From NCBI RefSeq assembly GCF_000315625.1, contig NW_005434670.1, forward strand, positions 1,211,966-1,275,965: a DNA stretch of 64,000 nt, written 5' to 3'. Source of the DNA: Guillardia theta CCMP2712 (lineage: Eukaryota; Protista; Cryptophyta). Shown here one piece after another: positions 56,070 to 64,000 of this stretch (the stretch's first letter is position 1; the number at the start of each line of letters is the position of its first letter). A model generated the notes under the pieces. That model did not search any database. It was not told where the DNA came from and saw only the letters and a list, made by a program, of their open reading frames with translations. The position numbers and the translations under genes were made by a program.

Positions 56070-59000
56070 CTATCCGCCTTCCATTTCATTCTTTCCTCCT
56101 CTACTCGCATTTCTTAGCCGATCAGCCAAAATGTCGACAGCTGGGATGCTCTCGGGGTCTCTGCGCTTGTACGAGCTGGGCCCCTTGAATTTCATCCCCC
56201 TCCACATTCCCGCAACTGAGTCGATGAGGTTGGCTGCGAAGAAAGCCAGAGGGTCGTTGATAATGGAAAGAGGCCACCAATGAGGAAGCAAGTGACTTTT
56301 CTCGCAGGGAGGACGGAGACTTTCCTCTGGCCAATCAGACCCATTCAAATGCTCGGGGATAATTTCAGGAAGAGGCACACTCCCAGCGTGGGGGATGAAA
56401 AGATCGCACTGCTTCTTGCTGGAGGAGATCTCGCGCATGGAAGCAACGAGGATCTCTTCCTCCACGACCTTGGAATGGTTCCACAGGTTTTCACCTCCTC
56501 TTGCTTGAAAGTAATCCTCAATCGACGAGAAGCCACTATGGGTAGCTGCTGCTGCCAGCCCGGAGAAGCAATTGATCACCTGCTCTCCCAGCTGTAAGAT
56601 GAGCACGTTCGACGAGATCTCATCGCTGATTTTCTTGATTTGTTTGGAGGTGAGGCAACACTTGTCAGCCTCTCTTTTCGGTCTCAACACCAATTGATCG
56701 TCGAGCTTGTACAACTCGTCTTCCTCTAATTCCTTATCAAGCTTCTCCATCTTCAGCACCCAAGTGTCGTTCGATCTCCACGTCTACATCTGGTTATGAC
56801 ACCGAACACGAGGACGAGGGGCTGACCTGTTGGAGCATGAACATGAGACGGTCTTTCATGAAGTCAGTGTTCTCTTCGTAGTCATGTGGATCAGGTGCGG
56901 ACATATTTTTGACCTGCAGCCTCTCAGAAGTTTAGATCTCATCCTTATATACCTTCAGTTCCTCCTCAAGTTCCTCCTGGCTCTCCAGATAAGATGCCAC
57001 TAGCGTTCTTGCAAGCTACAGACAAGTCAGGAGGGATATTTTATGTACTCAATGTCATCACGATGTCTTTTCCATGCTCAGAGAGCGGTTGTTTCTCCAG
57101 CACCTCCCTGAATTTCTCCAACATCTGAATCTCGTCGAGGTGAAACCTCATGTTGGCGTCGCCATGGCTTGGGACATCCTTGAGCGATTGCAGCGAAACG
57201 GACTGGTTCCAGAGCAAGAGAAAGTCTGATACGAGCTCGTGCATCCTCGTCATGGGTTCGCCCTTGTGAGTGATAAGGTCTCGACAAATGGAGACGAAAC
57301 GCTTGTGGGCTCGTTGTGCCACTACCAGCTGCAACACTGAAAGCTTTAAATCTCCATCGCATAATTTGCAAATCCAACTGAAGCTGCTGATCACTGATTG
57401 GCACGTGAAGATCGCTTGTGCTGTATCGAGATGATCAACATCGTTGCGATCCCCTCGCCATGGATAATGGCGATTCCAGGGGGATATCACTCGTTTGATA
57501 AATCCATCTCCCTCTTCTTCCTCCCCACCCTCCTCTCCTATCTTCTCTTTGAATTGCTCTTGTGCTTTTGATTCTGCAGGTGGAGACGATACTTCCTCTT
57601 CTTCGGGACCAAGGAGAGGCAAGTCCGAGCGATGGAGAGGAAGGGGTCCTTCAGGAACTTCTGCGTCTTTCCTTTCCATGCGATGTAGCGTGCCAACAAC
57701 TGTCTTTCCTTTCTTTGCTTGCTCCTCGCTTTCATCCTCGCTCTCCGATAGAGGAAGCCCTGTTCCATCCCCAAGCAGCGTGAACGGATCTTCGTCTTCT
57801 CGGATTGCATAACGCCAAAGTCTGAAGTGCCTCTCTATGGCCGTCAGATTCTGCAGTGGGAGAACAAAACAAGTCAGAATTTACGAACAAGGGAATGGCA
57901 AGAACTCATTGAAAAGAAACAGAGAACAAGATAAGGTCAAGGGTAGAAAGAGGAACAGGATTGTCACCTCGGGTTGATCATGGCTGGCTGTTTCCAAAAG
58001 TCGATCGTATCCCTTCTGGCTCAAGTTTCCATTAAGCAGGCGCGTGACTTCGAAGTACTCTTGCAATGTGAGGTTCTCCTTCTCTCCCATCAAGTAATTG
58101 CATGTTCGCAAGAGATACTCTGATATATTGAACTTCTTGTGAAAGTCTTGAAGCAATCGATTGGCTCGATCTCGCTGTCTTGCTGCCTTCGCATCTTCCG
58201 GGGCCCTTCTCAGAAGATCTTTAATCTGCTAACCGGGTGAGAAACAACAAATTCACCAGCATTGAACCTTTTCAGTGAGGGGACAGATCAATCTTGACCG
58301 TTCAAACGTTTCATTCCATGATGTCGAATTTCCATATTTGGCCCTCCGCTCAGCAAGAATTTGCTCTTTACTCTCTTGGGGAACACTTCTGTACAAGGTT
58401 TCCAACAGCTGGTGATACACATCGTGGGGGTAATGAGACTTATCAAATTCAGCTAATTCTGTATAACACTGCAGCTCCAGGTCATTAAATCTGTCAGCTG
58501 CCATTTCGTCTAATGTCGAAGGGAGAGAGATCATTCCGCTGCGAACAAAATCCTCCACCTTATCACTGAATCTCAGGTTTGGGTGATACAAGGAGTACAA
58601 GGCCAAACCTGTTGCATAGTCTCCTTTTTGACTTGTCGTATCTCTTCATCTGTCAACATACATTGTTGCCTATCTAGGGCTTCGTCAAGACGTGTCGAGA
58701 TATTTCTTTGTTGACTATGAAGGTAATAGATAAAAGTGAAGTTCTGGCTTGAAAATTTAGAGCTGGCTAGTTCATCCCACTTTGTTAACATCTTCAAGTA
58801 CTCGTGTAGAGAAAACAAATCTTGTTTCTCAAAGTGAAGGGCTTTTTGAAAAAGACGATCTGCTTCTGTAAAATTTCCGTGCCGTCTGTAGAGAAATTTT
58901 GCAAGGCTTGCCAGGGCTCTGGCAGAGGTATCGTTGAGCTCTACTGCTCGTCGATAGAGACGAAAAGCTTTTTTGAGGGACCCTTCAGCCCCCCCCGACA

Positions 59001-60273
59001 TATCGAACAGTCTCTCCTAGCCATTTGTCGGAATAAATTTCAAACTTCAAGATCACATACCTGGATATCGGCATTTGCAATCAAGACATCTGGGTGGACC
59101 GGATCGAGCGAAGGACCAATCTTGAACTAGAAAAAAGTCAGAAAAATCCACAATGTCAAACGTTTTTGCTTACTTGATCACACATCTCTTGAAATGCAGC
59201 TTCGGATAAGTTGTATTTCTCCTCTGCCCCCCGATAATCGATACCAAACCATTCTGTGTCATTGATTTCGTAGTTGAACTGTCGCCAAGTCAAGAAAATG
59301 TTTGCAGAAAGGCCAGGTATACCCGAAATGACGGTGTGAGGTTTGCAACTTTGACTGTTATGTTGCCTTCCAGTGTTGGGATAACCATCTCCTCCTTCTT
59401 TGGCTTCATTTCTTGTCGCTGTCGAAACATCTTCTCCACCATTGAGATGTTGACAAGTTTGATCGGTGTAAAGTTAGACAGAGTAACAGGCAAGGCCAAA
59501 TCTTCATTTCTTTCCCTCATCTCTTGGAGCTTTTGCTTCACAGATGCTGAAACAGCCCAAGTCGATTCATTGAAAGGATCAAGGATCTGAACGTCGATCT
59601 TTCGTTTCTGCATCTCCTCACAGGCATAGATTCGCCGTGCAATCTCTTCATCCATATCACAGTCTATGTGATTTCTCGTCCATAAAATTTCCCTAGCCTT
59701 TCGCTCTTCGGCCTTTCGTTCTTCCATGAACTTTCTTACATTCGTCACATTCTTTGAAACAATGCCGGCATCAGTGCACCAAAAGCACTGTACAACCTTT
59801 CCTGAATTGGTTCCGGAGCTCTGATTCAAAGGGCAGTCTTCGTCGACATCATTGAAGAGAAAATCTTTGTTTTCATTAGGATCTACACAGAAAAAAGTGT
59901 TTTCCTCAACAAACTCAGAAACAGAGTCCCTTGTTGCGTTCTCAAAGATTCTGTCAATTCTTTGTATGTCCTCATCCTCAGGGTCCTTGTTATTTCGATT
60001 GGACATTTCTTGTTTTGCAGCTAATTCTGCCTTTTTCCTTTCATGTTCTTCAATAGCGGCATCTATCAATGGCTGCAACTCTCTTCTCCGTTCTTCCCAT
60101 CTATTTTCGTGATAGTTTTGCTGCAATCTAGCAGCCGAATCCAACCCTCCACGAAGTCGCAATGTCTTGGAGAGTATCGTTGGATGTAAAGGGTCTGTAT
60201 CAGAAGAGGGGATCAGCCTGCATGACTGTAGGGATGCAAGGACGAAGAGGACAAGAGATGCCTTTGGCACCAT
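56070..60273 (-). CDS. Large signal-peptide + LRLRGG protein with TPR repeats, multi-exon
   Basis: MVPKASLVLFVLASLQSC..TLRLRGG; TPR-like AFRLYRRAVELNDTSARALASLAKFLYRRHGNFTEADRLFQKAL; long exons at 59290, 58573, 58253, 57041 and 56070. The 3' end is uncertain. Confidence 0.6.
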
Positions 60274-60340
60274 GCTACCTTCAAACGCTAATGCGACTCT
60301 GCCATAGTCGCATGTCGGGCCCGGGCACTCAGTAGGCTTC

Positions 60341-60454
60341 GCGGGCCCTTCCCGAGGAAGGAGGCCGGGCGGCCCTTCCCGAGGCAGGCGGGCCCTTCCC
60401 GAGGCAGGCGGGCCCTTCCCGAGCCTCGGAGGCAGGCGGGCCCCTTCCCGAGGC
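60341..60454. repeat. ~20-bp GC-rich tandem repeat with core GGCCCTTCCCGAG (5 imperfect copies)
   Basis: Seen directly, just upstream of the 60273 start codon. Confidence 0.88.
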
Positions 60455-60926
60455 ATGCACATCCGCGGCGGCGTAGGGAGAGCGCAAGGGGACCGGAGGA
60501 AGCTGCGAGCAAGGGTTAGGTACAGTTCAAATAGCTTTCTATGATGGAACGTATGCCAGCCGTGCCAGTCAGATAGCGCCTCAATTACATGCTCAATCAT
60601 GTTGATCTTATATTTGGTTAGTTGAATTGTTTACTGGAGTTCTTTCTTTCTTGGTATTGTTTCGTTACTGTTGAAAATTCATGCAATTCTATCAAGCCTT
60701 ACACATTAGGATGACTCCTCTCTTCAATCAGGCTCTCTCTCTAGCCTGCGCAAGTTGTTTAGGCCTCTCATCTCAGCCTCAATTTGTTTGATTGATCTTC
60801 GAATTGGAAAAACAAGCCTTCCCCAGCCAGATTGGTCGGTCGAATATCTGACTCGAACTGTGGAAACGCACTTGGAGCTTATTCGATTCTTATCATCAGT
60901 TTTCTTGATCTTTGAGTAGGATCTAG

Positions 60927-60953
60927 TTTAGGGTTTAGGGTTTAGGGTTTAGG
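60927..60953 (+). repeat. Interstitial telomeric repeat (TTTAGGG)3TTTAGG
   Basis: Plant/algal-type telomere unit, seen directly. Confidence 0.93.
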
Positions 60954-60958
60954 CAGGC

Positions 60959-61037
60959 GCAGAAGTAGAGAGTAGAAAGACGCCTCAGAAGCAGGGTTCG
61001 CATTGTAGGCCGTGTACTCCCAGTGCTCGAGCGCCTC
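60959..61037 (+). repeat. 79-bp direct repeat, copy 1
   Basis: GCAGAAGTAGAGAG...GAGCGCCTC, identical to 63816-63894. Confidence 0.95.
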
Positions 61038-61397
61038 GGCAGGCGCCGTTATTTTCGGCAGGCGCCGTTATTTTCGGCAGGCGCCGTTATTTTCGGCAGG
61101 CGCCGTTATTTTCGGCAGGCGCCGTTATTTTCGGCAGGCGCCGTTATTTTCGGCAGGCGCCGTTATTTTCGGCAGGCGCCGTTATTTTCGGCAGGCGCCG
61201 TTATTTTCGGCAGGCGCCGTTATTTTCGGCAGGCGCCGTTATTTTCGGCAGGCGCCGTTATTTTCGGCAGGCGCCGTTATTTTCGGCAGGCGCCGTTATT
61301 TTCGGCAGGCGCCGTTATTTTCGGCAGCATGGCTCCTCGTCAGGTGTAGGGGAATTTTCGGCAGGCGCCGTTATTTTCGGCAGGCGCCGTTATTTTC
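61038..61397. repeat. 19-bp minisatellite GGCAGGCGCCGTTATTTTC (15 + 2 copies)
   Basis: 15 perfect copies at 61038-61322, an interruption, then 2 more copies. Confidence 0.96.
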
Positions 61398-61416
61398 GGC
61401 AAATAGCTTTCTAAGT

Positions 61417-63564
61417 ATGGTTCTTCAGTATGATGAAAATGTTCGCAACCTGCTGTATCGGAGATCATGCCAATACACGCAGAGCGGACTTGTGGATGCC
61501 TCTGTCCTCGAAGCTGATCTCGTCGAGAGGGTGAAGAGCTTCGCGAAGCGTTATCCGAACAGCAGGACAGCCCAGGCTTGCAAGGCTGTGGAGGGATGCA
61601 CCCCCGACGCTATCGCAGAAGCCATCCGCTCGACATGTCAGCAGGCACGACGTGAGTTTCTGCAAGAAGCGATGGCTGGATGGAGTGACGCATCCAGAGA
61701 GTGGTTTATGCAGCAGATTGAAGAAGCCAAGAAGGAGAAGGTCGAGACATACACCGCCTCAGCAGGCAACGAGGTGACTTCCTTCATCTCCATGACTCTC
61801 CTGGGCATCTCCTCGGTGTATGTCAACCATGAAGAAAAGCTGAAGAAGAAATTTGAAGAGATCGGACTGATCGTAGACTCAGTGCAAGAGAGTAAAGCAA
61901 TCATGTGGAAGGCTCCGTATAGACCCGAGATAGCGAGTGCTGAGGAGATCCCGGTGACTGTTTCCTTCCTCCGCAATGCACAAGCGGAGAAGCTCTGGCA
62001 GGGAAGAGAGGACTTCGCGATCGATGGTCGCAAGTTCACAGCTGTACATGTGAGCATCGTGCACGATCGATCTTTCAAGATTCGAGCCAAGAGAGGACCC
62101 TGGGGCAAAGGGGGCAGCTTGGCAGAGCTGACTCACCTGCTAACCTTGGGCGGCATGACAACGGCTGAGATAGCGGCCGTCTATCGCTATCAGCTGCTGC
62201 GCCAGTCCCTTGCAGCGGTCCAACTCCAGCCGCTGGCAGGCATGCTGGTCGCTGGGGCGCCAGGACAGCAAGTCCACAAAGGCTTAGGTCAGAAAGGCTT
62301 CATCGCTGTAGGGGCCAACGTCATCTGGAGACAGAGGGAGGTGGAGTGGATCGTCTCCTCGAGCTGCCCAGAGGCGAATGATACAGCATTTCGAGCTTTC
62401 CGAGAGAGCGAAGCGATGGAGGGAGTACACCTGACTCTGTTCAGCGAGGACCCGAAGATCAGAGAGGCGCTCGCAGTCGAGTTGACAGCTGATCGCTTTG
62501 TGTCCAGAAATAAGTTGAAGAAGGCATCAAGACTGCAGAAGAAGGCAGGCGGCAAGGACGGCAAGGAGATCAAGATCATCATCAAGTCGACGGCGGCATC
62601 TGGTCGCTTCACGAGGAAGGAGATGGAGGGGCTGTGCAACGGCGGCAACACGTCTATCGCAAGAGTCAAGAGAGTCTTGTTGGAGATCGCTAACAGGCTC
62701 GAGATCAACGTTGAAGGCATCGACATGGAGGAGGATTTGAACACCAAGTCCTGGAACGGGTCCAAGCTATGCATCCTCCTCGGCTCCACGGAGGATGCTC
62801 GACGCATGATGAAGGAGCTGCCCTTCTATCTCGAAGGCGCAGCAACCAAGCTCGAAGCAGTCGGCTTCGACAAGGAGCCTGACTCTGAGGCGGCTGGTCA
62901 GCGGGGCACCAGCGACGCAGCGCAGCGACAGGAGGAGAGCGAGGGAGAGTGGCTGGAGTTTACAGACCTGGAGAGGATCACAATGGAGGCAGCATCTCCG
63001 TCAAGCCAAGAGGACATGCAGCTCGTCAGCGAGCTGTCAGCAGTCATCGAAGATGCAGCTTCTTTGAACGAGGCGGGGACGAGCGAGCCGATCAAGCTGG
63101 TCCTGGACAAGGCCGTTGGCAACCTCCACGACACGTTCTACTCTCCGGGGAGCCTGGAGTTCATGTCGCTGGGAGAGTGGGCGAAGATGCCAGAGGAGCA
63201 GGGAGTTGGGCGCAACGTTCTCAAGGAGAAGCTGGGGAAGTGGCTGCAGAGCAAGCGCTGGACTCGCGTGCAAGGAGAGAGCAAGAAGGCAAGGAGGGGC
63301 AGCGCGTTCTCGCCACGGGCAACGGCAGCTGCTGAGCTTGAGCAGGAGGCGGAGAGCGACGACATAGAGCGTCGATCTCTTAGCTTCCTGTTCATAGCAC
63401 TGAGTAAATTCGCAGAGATGCATGTGCTGGCCTGCTCGCTGAAGGTGGACAAGAAGGACCGACTGCGGGTGGAGATGAGGGAAGATGGCGAAGAAGAGGA
63501 AGACATGGAGGAAGAGCAAGGCGAGGGCGAGGAAGAAGACGGGGCGAGCCCGTACCGAGCTTGA
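61417..63564 (+). CDS. Intronless ~715-aa ORF1/gag-like protein with degenerate RRM-like domain(s) and acidic C-terminus
   Basis: First ATG after the array that is in the ORF frame. ISMTLLGIS..EEKLKKKFEEIGLIVDSVQ..VTVSFLRNAQAEKLWQGREDFAIDGRKFTAV follows RRM spacing. No RT, DDE or tyrosine-recombinase motifs seen. Confidence 0.7.
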   Translation: MVLQYDENVRNLLYRRSCQYTQSGLVDASVLEADLVERVKSFAKRYPNSRTAQACKAVEGCTPDAIAEAIRSTCQQARREFLQEAMAGWSDASREWFMQQIEEAKKEKVETYTASAGNEVTSFISMTLLGISSVYVNHEEKLKKKFEEIGLIVDSVQESKAIMWKAPYRPEIASAEEIPVTVSFLRNAQAEKLWQGREDFAIDGRKFTAVHVSIVHDRSFKIRAKRGPWGKGGSLAELTHLLTLGGMTTAEIAAVYRYQLLRQSLAAVQLQPLAGMLVAGAPGQQVHKGLGQKGFIAVGANVIWRQREVEWIVSSSCPEANDTAFRAFRESEAMEGVHLTLFSEDPKIREALAVELTADRFVSRNKLKKASRLQKKAGGKDGKEIKIIIKSTAASGRFTRKEMEGLCNGGNTSIARVKRVLLEIANRLEINVEGIDMEEDLNTKSWNGSKLCILLGSTEDARRMMKELPFYLEGAATKLEAVGFDKEPDSEAAGQRGTSDAAQRQEESEGEWLEFTDLERITMEAASPSSQEDMQLVSELSAVIEDAASLNEAGTSEPIKLVLDKAVGNLHDTFYSPGSLEFMSLGEWAKMPEEQGVGRNVLKEKLGKWLQSKRWTRVQGESKKARRGSAFSPRATAAAELEQEAESDDIERRSLSFLFIALSKFAEMHVLACSLKVDKKDRLRVEMREDGEEEEDMEEEQGEGEEEDGASPYRA

Positions 63565-63587
63565 GCTGAGCTCAAGGTAAGGAGAGA

Positions 63588-63803
63588 AGGTAGGAGGCGA
63601 CCGAAAGCCAAGGTGAGGAGAGGCAACTTTCCTGACTGAGGCTGAGGAAGCTGAATGGAGCAGGAGTAGGTGGCGACCGAAGGCCAAGGTGAGGAGAGGC
63701 AACTCTTCTGACTGAGGCTGAGGAAGCTGAATGGAGGTAGAGTAGGTGGTGACCGAAGGCCAAGGTGAGGAGAGGCAACTCTCCTGACTGAGGCTGAGGA
63801 AGC
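63588..63803. repeat. 76-bp tandem repeat (~2.8 imperfect copies)
   Basis: CCGAA(A/G)GCCAAGGTGAGGAGAGGCAAC recurs at 63601, 63677 and 63753. Confidence 0.92.
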
Positions 63804-63815
63804 CAAAAGAAGACA

Positions 63816-63894
63816 GCAGAAGTAGAGAGTAGAAAGACGCCTCAGAAGCAGGGTTCGCATTGTAGGCCGTGTACTCCCAGTGCTCGAGCGCCTC
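63816..63894 (+). repeat. 79-bp direct repeat, copy 2
   Basis: Identical to 60959-61037; followed by TTTAGAC and, ~60 bp later, AATAAA. Confidence 0.95.
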
Positions 63895-64000
63895 TTTAGA
63901 CTAGGATCAACTTGCATAAGCCCACAACGAGGCCGAGCAACATTCTAGCATTCTAATAAAGACCACTAGTAGCGCAAAAACCCGGGAGCGACTCTTTTTT

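Larger units (their letters stand above)
60924..63901 (+). mobile_element. Candidate non-autonomous mobile element with telomeric 5' end, 79-bp terminal direct repeats and one ORF
   Basis: Starts with TAG(TTTAGGG)3TTTAGG; identical 79-bp repeats at 60959-61037 and 63816-63894; TAGGATC on both flanks (60917-60923, 63902-63908). Confidence 0.6.

Noticed and set aside
60274-60600. N-terminal 109 aa of ORF 59290..60600
   Set aside because: It runs through the GC-rich 20-mer repeat; the signal peptide begins at ATG 60273.
60927-60953. True chromosome end
   Set aside because: Only ~4 repeat units, with complex sequence on both sides.
61038-61397. CRISPR-like array (also considered for 47430-47606 and 53788-53885)
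   Set aside because: Head-to-tail repeats with no unique spacers, no cas genes, and a eukaryotic context.
61012-61416. Repetitive N-terminus (AGAVIFGRRRYFRQAPLFS)n of the 850-aa ORF
   Set aside because: It is the translation of a stop-free 19-bp minisatellite from a GTG start; the in-frame ATG at 61417 is the likelier start.
63588-63803. Hammerhead ribozyme (CTGAGGA motif) as in Penelope-like elements
   Set aside because: No properly placed GAAA after the motif and no convincing stems I-III by eye; a covariance-model search would settle it.
63037-63917. Minus-strand ORFs of 221 and 259 aa
   Set aside because: Ser/Leu-rich shadows of the purine-rich plus strand and the 76-bp repeats.
63964-63980. 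CACTA transposon terminus (CACTAGTAG; also at ~31599)
   Set aside because: No matching inverted end or transposase in the window; it cannot be tested at the window edge.

Overview
Eukaryotic nuclear DNA, gene-dense with many short (~50 nt) GT-AG introns. The TTTAGGG repeats and intron style suggest a cryptophyte-like alga such as Guillardia; that is inference, not an identification. 8487-25444 holds two nested, apparently young Ty1/copia LTR retrotransposons. Element A has 389-bp LTRs, TSD AATCA, an intact gag-pol and a half-tRNA-iMet PBS. Element B (924-bp LTRs, TSD ATAAA) is inserted into a TATAAA motif in A's 3' LTR; it has a palindrome instead of a tRNA PBS and a Tudor-like insert after integrase. 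Next come two tandem, intronless, multi-TM class III nucleotide cyclases with inverted C1/C2 roles (guanylyl-cyclase-like). Host genes include a SAM methyltransferase, an SMCO4-like protein, a TM-FN3-CS protein, a GH5 glucanase, a DEK-C protein, a beta-helix protein, an Arc1p/EMAP-II-like tRNA-binding protein, a Ubl protein, a TMC-like channel and a TPR protein. The most unusual structure is a ~3-kb unit at 60924-63901: telomeric repeats, a 79-bp direct repeat, a 19-mer array, one intronless RRM-like ORF, a 76-mer array and the 79-bp repeat again, flanked by a candidate 7-bp TSD (TAGGATC). It has no visible RT, transposase or recombinase. Spliced-gene boundaries were read by eye and are approximate.
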